Assembly: GCF_009914755.1 (NCBI RefSeq)
Contig: NC_060925.1
Origin: the human T2T-CHM13v2.0 reference genome, Homo sapiens
Length of the DNA: 64,000 nucleotides
Direction: 5' to 3' (one strand)
Shown here in pieces: positions 27,396 to 40,399 of this stretch. Below the pieces are notes generated by a model. The model saw nothing but the letters and a program-made list of their open reading frames with translations. It was not told the DNA's origin and ran no database searches. Made by a program: the position numbers and the translations under genes. Every line of letters starts with the position of its first letter. Positions within the stretch are counted from its first letter, which is position 1.

Positions 27396-28062
27396 GGCCA
27401 GGTGCGGTGGTTCACACCTATAATCCCAGCATTTTGGGAGGCCAAGGAGGGTGTTTTAGTCTGTTCTCGCGCTGCTGATAAAGACATACCCGAGACTGGG
27501 TAATTTATAAAGAAAAAGAGGTTTAATGGACTCACAGATCCACGTGGCTAGGGAGGCCTCACAGTCATGGCAGAAGGTGAAAGGCACATCTTATATGGCA
27601 GCAGGAAAGAGAAAATGAGAGCCAAGCAAAAGGGGAAACCCCTTATAAAACCATCAGCTCTTGTGAGACTTATTCACTACCACGAGAACAGTATGGGGGA
27701 AACCGCCCCCATGATTCAATTATCTCCCACAACACGTGGGGATTATGGAAGCTACAATTCAAGGTGAGATTTGGGTGGGGACACAGCCAAACCACATCTC
27801 GGGGGTTGCAAGAATAGCCTGAGCCCAGGAGTTTGAGACCAGCCTGGGCAACATGGCAAAACCCCATCTCTACAAAAAATTAGCCAGGTGTGGTGGCATG
27901 CGCCTGTAGTCCCAGCTACTCAGGAGGCTGAAGTGGGAGGATCACATGAGCCCAGGGAGTTGGAGGATCACCTGAGCCTGGGGAGGTGAAGGCTGCAGTG
28001 AGCTGTGATCCCACCACTGCACTCCAGCCTTGACAACAGAGCAAGGCACCATGTCAAAAAAC
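27396..28062 (+). mobile_element. AluJ interrupted by a THE1 LTR
   Basis: Left arm 27396-27451, resumes ~27806 (GAGCCCAGGAGTTTGAGACCAGCC). Confidence 0.9.
27452..27799 (-). mobile_element. THE1B-like solo LTR nested in AluJ
   Basis: TGTTTTAGTCTGTTCTCGCGCTGCTGATAAAGACATACCCGAG...GGGACACAGCCAAACCACATC. Confidence 0.93.
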
Positions 28063-28194
28063 AAAGTGTGCCCAGGTCACACACACAAAAAAAACTGCAC
28101 TGCCTCTGCCAGAAAGACATCAACTGTAACAATAATCTGATGATAATGATGATAGTAACAAGTAATAAACAGGTAAATAAGGGCAGCTACAGAG

Positions 28195-28430
28195 AGCAGA
28201 GTGCAAGGTAGAAGTGCTTAGGCCCTAATTTAGGCAGACCTGCCTCCACCACTGACACTGTGACCTCAGGCAAGTTCCTTAACTTCTCTCAGCTGCAGAG
28301 TCCTTGTCTGCATAGGGTAATAGTGAGGATAATAGGACCCCTCTTGCAAGTTTGTTTTGAGAGTTAGAAATAATATATGTAACATGCAGGACACAATCCC
28401 TGACAAATATTAGGTATTCAATCATGATAG
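28195..28430 (+). mobile_element. MIR SINE
   Basis: CTGTGACCTCAGGCAAGTTCCTTAACTTCTCT core. Confidence 0.75.
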
Positions 28431-28501
28431 CTCTAAAGCCGAAGTCGTAACTCTGAACTACTTCATACTTTTAGAGTTACCTACATTTGGATAGCAAAAA
28501 T

Positions 28502-28535
28502 TTGTTGTTGTTGTTGTTGTTGTTGTTATTGTTGT
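28502..28535. repeat. (TTG)n microsatellite
   Basis: Direct repeat. Confidence 0.9.
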
Positions 28536-29572
28536 TTTTAATGGCAGATCAAACAGCTGGTTGCTAGCCAGGACGATGGGAGAGAGTTCAAAACCGAGTA
28601 CTGCTGGGAGGGTTGACAGTCCCTTGCAACTAAGGCCTTGGGACTCAAATGAGTGCTGGAGCTCCCCCTGCAGGCAGAGTTGGGTGTGTGTTAGTAGGAT
28701 GTGGGTACAGCGTAAATGAGCCACACAGAGCCGGCTTAAAACCCAGCATGCTTCTCTGCTTGGTTTGTGTTTTTCTATTAAAAAAATAGTATTACTTATT
28801 CAGCCAGATTTGCACAACATTTGCTAAAATTACTATATTTACTATACTTATATCACTATATTTGATTAGATGGCACATGATTTAGAACGAGTTTTTTTAA
28901 ATGCCAATTCTATGAGCTAAATAGCTAGCTTTCTCATTAACCTTGGGTATTAATCAGTGCTTTTTTTTTTTTTTTTTACCCATTTCTTGGCTTATCAGAA
29001 CCCAGTTTTCCATCTCTCAAAACCACTTGCATTATTTCTATGTCACAAGTATGGAACAAGCATTTATTGAACACTAACTCTGTACAAAAACATTACACTA
29101 AAAGCTCAGGAGAACACAAAGAATATGGACGGATTCCTACCCGCTAAGACCTTTTAATGTAGTTGTGAAGACAAAATATACACATATGAAATGGTGAAGT
29201 CACGAGCAAGAAAATGATGACATGTGGGCTTGTCCATGCTAGGGCGCATATTCCACACAACTCTCCACCCCATTCCCAATACTTAGCACAGTTTATGGCA
29301 CAGCATAGGGACTTAACAGGCATTTAGTGAAAAACTAAATAGCATGATGATGACAGAGAACAGGGAACAAATACTGAATGACTATAAGAGAAAACCACAC
29401 TTTTCTGCCTCATTTTTCTCCTTAACATTTGCAACCTTCTAACACACTGTCATTTATTTCATCATTTGTCTCCCCTCTTTAAATGTGAGTGTTCTGAGCA
29501 GAGAGTTTGCCTGTTTTATTCACTGCATATCCACAGAACATAGGTTTGTGTCTGGAACATCATGGTCACCCA

Positions 29573-29700
29573 ATATGTGTGTGTGTGTATATATATATAT
29601 ACACACACACGTATATATATACACACACACACACACACGCGTATATATATACACGTATATATACATACACACACATATATATATACACGTGTACATATAT
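29573..29700. repeat. Compound (TG)/(TA)/(CA) microsatellite in an L2 3' tail
   Basis: 128 bp of unbroken purine-pyrimidine alternation. Confidence 0.95.
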
Positions 29701-30919
29701 TGAGTGAATGAGTGAATAAATGAATATTTCAGCCATAATTTCTTAAGTATTTATACATAAGTGATATTGAGATTCCTGAAATCTTGTGGAATTTCAGTGT
29801 CAGGATTAACCACAGGATGAAATACCAAAAATGTACCGGGTGTTTGTTACAGCTTTGTTTATAATAATGACAAATTGGAAACAATTTAAAAGAAAAGAAT
29901 GGCTATATTTAATATTACACCTCTATAATGGAATCTCTATAATGGAATGGCACATCTGTATAATGGAATATCATAATTCCATTAAATATAGCAACATCAA
30001 TCTATATTCTTTTGGAAAGGTTGCTTTTTTTCAGAACAATTGTGGGGGGCTAGAAGAGAAAAAAGTCTGGAGGGATTTACACAGAATGTTATCACCAGGT
30101 GGCAGAATTAAGAGTGGAATTTTCATTTCCTTCTTTAAGCCTTTTCATATTGTCTGATTTTTTAAAATAATAATGATATGCATGCATTATTTTAAAATCA
30201 GAAGAAAATAAAGGTATCTTTATTTTTGAAAAGACATTGTCTGGGGCTTCTGTCTTGCAACCATGCTGGGAGTGTGGAACGACCTGCCTGGGTTCCGATG
30301 TGGTCCTGTGCTCATCACCTTCCCACACCTGCTGCCCTGCACCATTCCCAGGGGCTCCTCTGTGACATAAATTTTAGTTGACCATAACTGATCCAGCTAG
30401 TCTGGGATTATCAATTTCAGATGGTGGTCAAATTTAACAGCTAGTGGTTATTACAGAGGGCTACCTTTCCATCTTTCTTCTTGATGAAGACTGCCCTGGA
30501 TTGCCAACTAAACTTTCATCAGTGATAGCCTGTGAACCATTGTCTAAAGTCCTGACAGCAAGGTTCTGTGCCCCTATCTTCCACCCCTAAGGGATCAACT
30601 AGAGAGGCCCATCACTGTGTTGATAAGAGGAGAGTTAGAGAGAAGCTTTGGCAAGGATGAGTATGTCTTGGAAGTCACAGTAATTAGGGGTTGGAGGGAA
30701 ACAAACCATATTCCCCTTACCAGGGGCTGTGCTGGTAACATTAAGTGTCTTGCAGGCTTATGGTAAAAGTTCCAAACAACAACTCCTTCATGCTGGTTCT
30801 GGTTTAATTACCAACATTTGGAACTAGAGGTGAAACTAGGTATTCTCCTTTAGAGGAGAATAGTGTATAGTGTTTGCTGGTCCAGAGATCTGAGATGGTG
30901 CAGCCAGTGGGAAGGAGGA

Positions 30920-31740
30920 ATAGCATGGACTTTTGCAGTCAAGTTATTGACTTTGAAAAAGGTCTTAAATTTTCTGAACTTAGTTCTTTCATCCACAAAA
31001 TTGTGTTATTGATATATACTTTACATCATTTTAATGAATACAGGAGATTATGTAAGATTATAAAATCCTAACTAGTGCATGGCACACAGTAGGCATTAAG
31101 CAAATGTTAATTCTTCTATCAATGTCTATTATGGCTATTAAGAAAAGGGGAGAGGGACAAGATATTGAGATCCCACTAAGTGCCAGGCACTCTCCTGAAT
31201 CCTGTGCTTACATCATGTTCTCACAACTCGGTATTACTGTGCAAATACCCACTGCACAGATGAGGCCCACAACAGCTAAGTGACTTGCCCAAGATCACGG
31301 CAACATGTGACAGAGCTGGTGTTCGAGTCCAAATCTGTCTGCTCCCAAATCCCATTTCTATAAACTATATTTAAGTTGTTCTACTTAGAATAAATTGTAT
31401 GAGGTCCCGTTATTTTCTGGAGGGAGAAGTGCCAACCCTCTAAGTAGGTGTGGTCAAAGTCCAATTTTACATTAGCCATGAAGTTCTCTCCCATTATTCA
31501 GCTGGGGACTGAATATAAGTAAATAATGCTTGATAATAACAGTAGCTCACATTTTTTGACAACTTACTATGTATCAGGCCAAGTGCATTAGACTATAGGA
31601 TTCTCATTTCATTTTCAAGAAGTCCAAGAAGTGGGCATTATTATTATCCTCATTTTACAAATGAGAAAACGGACATACAATGAAGCTAAGTAACGTGTCC
31701 AAACAGCAGAGCCCGGTTTGAGCGACTCGCCACTGAACTA
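30920..31740. mobile_element. Three MIR fragments (+ ~30920-31110; - ~31170-31350 and ~31530-31740)
   Basis: CTAAGTGACTTGCCCAAGATCAC and CATTTTACAAATGAGAAAAC cores. Confidence 0.7.
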
Positions 31741-32510
31741 CCCACCACCCTGGAAAGATGCATCTTGAGGCAAGGAGCTGGTAGCCAGCCATGCAGTTCT
31801 CCCTCTGAATTCCTCTAGGAACTAAGCAGCACCTGTTCACAAGGTCCCAGGGGTGCCCATTCTCAGAGGTCTGTTCTCACTCCTCACTTTCTGAGACCCA
31901 GAGGTGGTGGTGAAAGCCCCTAACCTGTGAGGAAGAGGCTCATCCCTAGGTTTGGCCTTACAAAGACAGCAAAGGGCCAGGTCATTGGGAGCCTCTGAAC
32001 TTGGGGTCAAGGCAAGCAGCAGGCTCAGAGGCCAAGGAAGGGAGCCCAGCAGGGGAGGCTGCAGGAAAAAGAATTTGATTGAGGCAAGATTTATTCACAT
32101 GCTCTAAAGGAACATTTCTTAAACTTTCTGCGACCATGACTCACCAAGCAACACTGTTACATGTGGAGTAGCTATGCAGATTTTCTTCCACCAAAAGAAA
32201 AATCATTGTCAGATTAAGAAAAGACACAAACAAAAATAATACATATGGGCGACAGGAAACTTTATAAGTTAAATTTCACAACATGAAGAAAAGATTTTAT
32301 AAAACTACATTTCAGTATTTTCCACTATTGTACAGTATAAAATGGTTATTTGTTATAAAATATGATTTATTTTTGCAAAGGCTCACAGCACACAGGACAG
32401 CTTTTCAGAGAACATCAGCATTCTGATAGTGTTGTTTAAGAAATGCAGCTTGTAAGTGAATAAGCAACAAGCCCTTGATCTTAGGTCTATACACACTAGC
32501 CACCTGGTTC

Positions 32511-32975
32511 TGATGCAGGACAGGCAAGCCCCAAAATTGGGGCTTAGCCCAAGGTTTTTGGCCCCATCCAGGAAAGAATTCAAAGGTGAGCTGGTGGTGT
32601 TAAACAGCAGCTTTTATTGAAGCAGCAGTGTATAGCAGCAGCAGCGAAGCAGGACTACCCCACAGGCAGTGTGTCCAGAGTAGCAGCTCAGAGGCAGTTC
32701 TGCCATCATTTTCGTACCCACTTTCAATTATATGCAAAGTAAGAGGCAGTTTATGCAGAAATTTCTAGGATGAGGGTAGTAGCCTCTGTGGAGTTGTCAC
32801 CACAGCAAGGGGTGATAACTTTCAGGTGTTGCCATGGCAATGGTAAGCTGACATGGCATACTGGTTTTCATGTCTTATGGAGAAGTGCTTCCACACTGCA
32901 CCTGTTTTAGGTAGTCCTCAATTTGGTCCTGTGTCTGAGCCCCACCTCCAGAGTCTAGTCCCACCTGCTACCTCA
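32511..32975 (-). mobile_element. MER66-family ERV1 solo LTR
   Basis: Minus strand begins TGAGGTAGCAGGTGGGACTAGACTCTGGAGG and ends CATCA; perfect 4-bp TSD GTTC (32507-32510, 32976-32979). Confidence 0.85.
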
Positions 32976-34118
32976 GTTCTGCCCAAATGACAGTGAATAT
33001 TAACTTAAAGGTCCGAGACTTGTTAAAGCAGTGCTAGGTCCCTAAAACAGAGGCCTTCAATTTTTTAAAAAATCATATAACCGTAGCAGCAAAAATGTTG
33101 AACATACACTCCAATATAGTGTATTTACTTATCTATATTATTATCTTATTATATTGATGCATTTCTATTATTAGCCAATGTCTCAAGGCTTCATATACAC
33201 TTAGGATGAGGTTTATCACAAATGCCAATGGAAGTAAAGGCACTGTCCCCTTGATAACTTCTAAACTTGTTTTTGTCAACATCTTGTCTGATCTGATTAG
33301 ATTGTTATGGTTTCTAACCTCATGATATGTCTGACAATGAGCTTCTTTTGAATTAGGGACAGTGCCATTTTCTTGTTGTTTATTTGCATTTGCATTGTGG
33401 GTGTTATCATCACACTCCTTTCTTTGTAGAGCTCTTCTTAAGCCACTCTGTTTTGTGAGGATTTGTTTAGTTAAGACTAAATAATCCAATTTGCCCATCC
33501 TCTCAAGTGGCACGAATAAGCTACAATACTCTGAAAGCCAATGAGCGACTCGTCAAACTGTAACACTCAGTGTTCCTCAGGATACCCCTTGAGGTCTGTA
33601 TGTGACATGGGAGCAACAGACAGACCAAGCAAGCATGCATGCATCAACCTGTATATTAAGTGAAGCTTAATTCTTTTCGCATTTTTAGATAAAACATTAG
33701 TAGCAGACACCTCAATATTTGCTTCCCATTTCCCCAGCATATCATTCTGCATTCTCTGGGCTGCCCACTCCCCACTTTGAGATATTAGAGGCAGTATCTT
33801 TATAAGACTCTTAGGGTCTATGTGTGTGGGTAGATTTATGGGGTTTTGATCCCCCTGAAAAGAGACTTCAAATCTTGCATGATGGCAACAAAGACTTCTT
33901 TGGAGAGACTCTGAAAGGGAAAGGAGTGACACACAAGATTTTCCATCACCCTCCCTTGAACCAGCCCCAGGGACAGCCTCTAACCTAACCTGATTTCTGG
34001 TCATTGTAAATAAAAATAGTGTCTGTAGACTAATTGACTTCCCTGGAAAAGTCCATTCATCAGTCAAAGGAGGAAATTAACAAAGAGCCTTACATGATTA
34101 AGGAAGAAGAAAGTAGGA

Positions 34119-34415
34119 TTTTTTTTTTTCCAAGACAGGATCTTGCAGTCACCCAGGCTGGAGTGCAGTATAGTGGCATGATCATAGCTAACTGCAGTCT
34201 CGAACTCCTGGACTCAAGTGATCCTCCTGCCTCAGCCCCCTCAGTAGCTAGAACTACAAGCGTGCACCACCAAGCCTGGTTATTTCTTTCCTTTTTCAAC
34301 AGACAGGATCTCACCATGTTGCCTAGGCTGGTCTCAAATTCATGGGCCTAAGCATTCCTCCCACCTTGGCCTTTCAAAGGTCTGGGATTACAATCATGAG
34401 CCAGCTTGTCCGGCC
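34119..34415 (-). mobile_element. AluJ
   Basis: Dimer; TSD AGAAAGTA. Confidence 0.9.
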
Positions 34416-35284
34416 CAGAAAGTAATTGAAAAAAAAAAAAAGGCTGTGAGTTCATTTTTCCTGTGGATCTTGTGATGTAGCTGTACCTCTTCCTGTTCCA
34501 CTGCCCTCCATAACACATATCACCTTGGGCTGATAGGGCTGCAATAATTGATTTTTTGTGTGTTTTTGTCCTTCATTAAACGTAGATTCCTTGAAGCAAG
34601 ACCAATACAGTTTTACAGCATCAATACATAGCACAGTGCCTGACAAATAGTAGGTGTTCAATAAATGTTATTGGATGAATACACTCTTGGGGATAACAAT
34701 AATAACCTGTCAGAGTCCAAGGAGATACTGTAGGTAAATCACATAGCACAGGATAATTGCTCAATAAATATACATATTACTGCATGAGATAATATAATTG
34801 CTCTCTGAGCAATTTTGCTATTATATCGTACAACAGTACTTTGTAAACTGCAAAACAGCACGTTGATTTATGCTTTTGAACTACCCGGTTTCCATAGTAG
34901 AAACTAATCTTCTGAGAAATACCAAGAGTCCTGAGCCTGCACGGGCCCCTTTCCACTCTGGGGGTGAGAAAGGCACTGGGTGGGGGCTCAGTTCTGCACA
35001 TAGGAAGCTGCGTGGAATTAGAATATTACCCGGGTAGGATGTAAGACACATAGTATTATTCCCTCTCCCCTTGCACCCGCGATTCTGGGATCAACTTTAC
35101 AGCATCCTTCCTAGTTCATCTGGCTGCGGCTCATCGTTCAGCTGCTTCCACATTGAGATTCCAGAGGTCTCCACACTGCCTTGGCAGTCCCCGCTGGAGC
35201 CTCCGCTAAGTGTTCAGCTGCTCTCTCAGAACTCCTGTTCCTCACACATCAGTGATGTCAATCCCTGTCTGTCCATCCAATAAA

Positions 35285-36450
35285 TATGTATTTTCTCTTA
35301 TGCCTACTATGTACTTGACATTATTGTAGGTGCTGGGAATATGGAAATAAACAAAACAGACACAAATTCCTCATGGAGCTTGCATTTTAAATAAAATAAG
35401 TAAAATATGTAGTGTTGGCAGTGATAGGCACTAAAAAAAAAAGTAGAGCAGAAAAAGGGGGTGGGGAATTTGGCGGGGTGGGGAATGGGCTGCACATGTT
35501 AAAACGGTGGTCAGCTGAGATTTCACGCTGAAGGTGACATGTGCATAAAACCTGAAGGAGGAGAGGGATGCAGAGGGGCAGGTACTCGAGGAAGAGCTCT
35601 CCAGACAGAGGGAAGAGAATATGTGAAGGCCTGAGACAGGAGGGTGCCTATGACACGGAGGAGTGAGCTGGGAGTAGGGCAGAGCCGGCTCCCTGTAACG
35701 GTTAATACTAAGTGCCAACTTGATTGGATTGAAGGATGCAAAGTATCGATCCTGGGTGCGTCTGTGAGGGTGTTGCCAAAGGAGATTAACATTTGAGTCA
35801 CTGGGCTAGGGAAGGCAGACCCACCCTTAATCTGGGAACACAATCTAATCAGCTGCCTGTGAATATAAAGCAGGCAGAAAAACGTGAAAAGGTGAGACTG
35901 GCCTAGGCTCCAAGCCTACATCTTTCTCCTGCGCTGGATGCTTCCTGCCCTCAAATATTGGACTCCAAGTGCTTCAGTTTTGAGACTTGGACCGGCTCTC
36001 CTTGCTCCTCAAGCTTGCAGACAGCCTATTGTGGGACCTTGTGATTGTGTAAGTTAATACTTAAAAAACTCCCCTTTATATATATATACCCTATTAGTTC
36101 TGTCCCTCTAGGGAACCCTGACTATATAGTCCTGTCGGCCTGTAGGCTCCCTATGTATTTGGCTTGGAGTCTGAGTGGGACTGGAAGCCAGTGGAAATAG
36201 AGGAGTGGTGTGAACTCACTTATGTTCTCACAGGCATCATGCCAGACTCCGTGGGGAAGGGAGGATGCTTGGACACAGGGAGGCCAGGCCAGTAGCTTCC
36301 ACAATAACCCAGGTGAGAGATGATGGGGGTGGCCCATGTGGTTATAGTGGAGGTGGCGAGACGCAGCCAGATTCTGGATATGTTTTTAAGGTAGAAAATG
36401 CAAGATTTGTTGACTGATTAGATGTGGGGATGAGAAAAAGAAGCACCCCA
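35285..36450 (-). mobile_element. L2a interrupted by MLT2A
   Basis: L2 3' motifs on both sides of the LTR. Confidence 0.7.
35694..36128 (+). mobile_element. MLT2A1-like HERV-L solo LTR
   Basis: TGTAACGGTTAATACTAAGTGCCAACTTGATTGGATTGAAGGATGCAAAG...GTTCTGTCCCTCTAGGGAACCCTGACT. Confidence 0.9.
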
Positions 36451-37371
36451 AAACGGAGGTCTCAGATGAGACACTACCCTTTAGCCTCTTGCAGAGTTCT
36501 GAAATATGTATTCCTCTCTGCATTTGCCCTAAACCAAAGCCAGTTTTCTAAATTTATCCTTTCCTTTGTAACCATTGCTCAAAGCATGCATTTCTTGAAA
36601 AGTAAATGTATTTGAAGTTTCCAAATAGTTTAGCACTACATAAAATATATGATGTGTGCTGGTTCTCTGCCATGAATATCAATCTCTGAAACTCCTTGTT
36701 TCCCACAGAAATTCTATCAGCAAAATTAGAATTGCAATTGTATTCCTCCTCGGTTGTCTGATTAAGGTTTCATTTAAGCCTTGGGCTTATTTTTGAAAAC
36801 CCTATAAACATTTTACACACCTACTCATATATTACCAAAGCCATTCTGAATGCAGCCTACAGTAAAATTAATTACTGTGTCATGAGTCTGTCACGTTTCA
36901 AGATAAATCATAAATATTTACTTAGACCTGATTCAATATCACTTGGAAATGAACCAATATTGGCAACAAATTTCTTGGTATTACAGTACATTCTTTAGTT
37001 GGAAATTCCCATGTAAATATATCCATAAAGTTTTTAGAAGGCCATTTTGTACATGCAGAGAAGATAATAAATCAACATTCATAACATTTCAAAAATCCAT
37101 AGGCCCACAAAATCCACATGCTTTTTCAGCTCCTCCAGGGCCTGTACCATGAGGCTGGTGGCAGCAGAAACAGAAGCCAAGCCTGAGAGTGAAAGAAACA
37201 CTAAGCAGTTGGGACACTGATGAGACAGAGCTGCCATGATGGCAGGAAATGAAGTCCTTGCAGGTGAAGGCAGCATGGGCCAGACCGGCTTGAGCTTGGA
37301 AAGCCAGAATTTTATTGCAATCTTACCCTGAAATCAAAGCCAAAACTCACCCATGCGGTGGACCCAGAGAC

Positions 37372-37578
37372 AGGCAATGTGGTGTCATGAAAGCACACTG
37401 GATGATGTGGGTTCAAATCGCAGCTCTGCCACTTGGACACTGTGTGACCTTTGGCAAGGGAAATTGCTCTGTGCCTTAGCTTCCTCATCTGTTAAAAAGT
37501 ATCTACTTCATGGGGTTGTGGTGAGGATATAATGTGAAGGACTTCAAAAAGGGCCTAATACACAGTGGGTATTCAATG
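37372..37578 (+). mobile_element. MIR SINE
   Basis: GGGTTCAAATCGCAGCTCTGCCACTT...TGTGTGACCTTTGGCAAG. Confidence 0.75.
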
Positions 37579-38544
37579 TGCACACACACACACATAAACA
37601 TTTATGTATATAGATGCATACATAAATATGGTATCTATACTATGTATACATAGCACATATATATATTAGTGAATATAGGGACCCACATGTACATAGTATG
37701 GTTCGTATAATTAATTTAAGTCAAAATAACTGACTTTCAGTCCCCAACTCTGTCACTGATTATCTTGCCTGTCTCCCTCAGTTTCCCGGGGATGTTAATG
37801 GCAATCTTGTCTGGAGCCTGTGAGGATTAAATAAGATAATGTGAAAGAGTTCTGCAAAGTATTTAAAAGTCTAGACAAGTGTGGCCTATTATTGTGAGGA
37901 TGTTTTCTATCCTACTATTTTTTTCTTATTTTTCACCTCTCCATCCTGGTGGATCTGATTCTTTCTGGGTGGTTTGGGTTTCATAGACCTGGGCCCTTGA
38001 CCTGCCAGCTGGTCAGCAAAGCTGCTTACCTCAGGCCAGCCAGCGCCCCTCCTGGCTCCTCACATCTTTGCTCAGAACTGCCTCTTCGGGACTGTCTTGC
38101 GAGGAAGCGCATGGGCCTTGACGGAACTGGAGCTGCACTGTGTAGGTTGAACTTGCTGACACTGACAATTTGGGTCTTTGTGCTCTATGCTTGGATGACT
38201 AAAGTAATAGCTAAAAGAGGAGATGAAGAAGCTGCTGGGCCAGGTGAGCTGAAGAGGTTATATGTGGGGGAGACAGCTCAGGGGAGCCAAGTATCTTCTT
38301 CGCGCCTCGCTTTCTGGTTTCACTGTCTTTAGCACTAGGAGGATTCTGTGCCATTTCCATCCCTCCAAGGACAGGAAGACAGAGTTGTTAAATTAAAAGG
38401 AAAAAGACTTTAACGTTGATGCATGCCTAAAATCTACATCAATAGAGAGGTGTAGAACACTAGCAAATCTTTTCCATCCATTTCCTAAGTTGAAGGAAGA
38501 GCATTTCGGTCTTTTTTGTGTGTGGGAGGGTGGGGTCTGGCTTC

Positions 38545-38920
38545 CTTTTTTTCCATACTTATAGCAGCTTTATATACATATAATTTACATATCATAAAAT
38601 TCCCCAGTATAAATGCACATTTTGATGACTTTTAGTTAATTTATACAACAGTGCAACCATCACCACAACCCAGTTTAGAAGAGTTCCATTACTCCAGACA
38701 GATATGCTGTGCCCATGTCAATTTCCACTCCCCCTCTAGCCCCAGGCAAACACCGATCTGCCTTCCATCTCCATAGACTTGTCTTTTCCATAAATTTCAT
38801 ATAAGTGGAATCATACACCATGTAGTCTTTTACATCTGGCTCCTTTCACTCTGCAGGATAATTTTGCACATACCAGTGGCAGTTCCTTTCCATTGCTACA
38901 TAGTATTCCATTATTATGGA
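38545..38920 (-). mobile_element. L1MB 3' UTR
   Basis: ATAATTTACATATCATAAAATTCCCC...GTGCAACCATCACCAC. Confidence 0.8.
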
Positions 38921-40399
38921 ATTTTATTTGGAATTTGTCTATTTCTTATATTTGATTATTATTTGAAGACATTCTTTGTTAATCCTTACCAGCAGTATTC
39001 TTTTATTATAAGAACTGGGAAACGCATTCTGCAGTGCCCCTGTGAGAACACAGCCTGTGTTTAGCGCAAATGTTGAACTAGGAAAATCATTCGCTTTCCA
39101 GTACTTGATGCCTTGAAATAAAGGAATTTTCCAACTGGAGTAGATACATAGGGCTGATGACTTCCGTTGGGTTAGAACCTGCACAGGATGTTTGCAGGGC
39201 ACAGTGTAACCCTGATGACCACAGGAGGGACCAGGACAAGGAAAACCAGATGACATGGGCCCTTCACGTCACTCCAGCAGCCAGGAGCAAGCCACAGCCC
39301 AAAGGAGCAGCAGGATCCAAGGGGAGAGCCAAGAGTGTGGACCCCAGTTTCCCAGCCTTCCTCCAGAAGTGCACCCCCAAGGCAGAGACTAACTCTGTCT
39401 TGTCATTCTACTTTGTTCTTGACTCACACTTGAGCCCCTTCTCCTGGCAGGGGGCTTAGGGGAAGGGATATTGCCAAGGAAAGCCTTGAGTTGTCTCTAG
39501 AGGCCATAATGTGAAGCCAAAAGGTAGCTCACTAGAAACTCATCACTGGGATGTCCTTTTACCATCCCTGGTAAAAGGATACACAGGCTCTACTAATAGA
39601 AGACTCTTTTCTCAGTCAGTCAATAAATACACAAGGGCTGCTCCCACGTATTGTCAGGCACCCTGCTGGGTACTAGAGTAGAAGGGAGAGAGAGTTGCTG
39701 GCCTTGATGAGCTCCCTGTCCAACCACAGAGGGCAACTATTAAGCAAGTGAATGCAATTCTTAGAAAAAGTAATCCCAGAGTCCCATCAAAAGCACCCTG
39801 AGAACATGGAGATGAGCACTAGAAGAGTTACAGAAGAACTCGCATTTCATCTGGGCCTTAAAAGTGGAAAGTGTTTCAGATGACAAGCAGGAAAGGAGAG
39901 AGCAGTGTTTACACAGCCATTTCAATATGATTTTACATTATCAGAGATAAATCTGTACTTAGCTAAGCCAAAAGCTGAATTTCCCCTGCAACCAAACCAA
40001 TGTGGTGGTTGTGAACCCACCAAGAAGCCCTAGGAGGCTGACTGCTGGCTGTTCATAGTGTACCGGCTACTTTAACTACTTAACCGTATGTTTGCTAAGT
40101 GAAGCCAACTGGCAACAGAATAATGGGGAAAGGGATTTACTTTACAACCGACTTGGCCAAATGACTCCTATCCCACTAAAGATGCTTACCTGGTGCATAA
40201 TGCCTCACTTCTTGAAGCTCTCCAGGGAGACAGCCATAAAGAGCATTGCTAAAAGGTTAGTTCATATAGCGTACCTTGTGTGTACTGTGAACCAAAGCAG
40301 CAGTGGCTAGCCTGGAATTCAATGGCTCAAGTTCCACAATCAGGAGGCTTTTTCCCCATCAGTCTCTTCTAAGCCCAGGAGTTAAGAGTGGCTGCTCTG

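Noticed and set aside
29921-29969. CTCTATAATGGAAT repeated about three times as a CRISPR-like or regulatory array
   Set aside because: Short local slippage duplication inside an L1M remnant, with no spacer structure, in a primate genome.
33133-34067. 126-aa and 166-aa minus-strand ORFs
   Set aside because: No homology that I recognise; such lengths are expected by chance in 64 kb.
38041-38055. CTCF-like CCAGGAGGGGCGCTG (minus strand)
   Set aside because: One base short in the core spacing.
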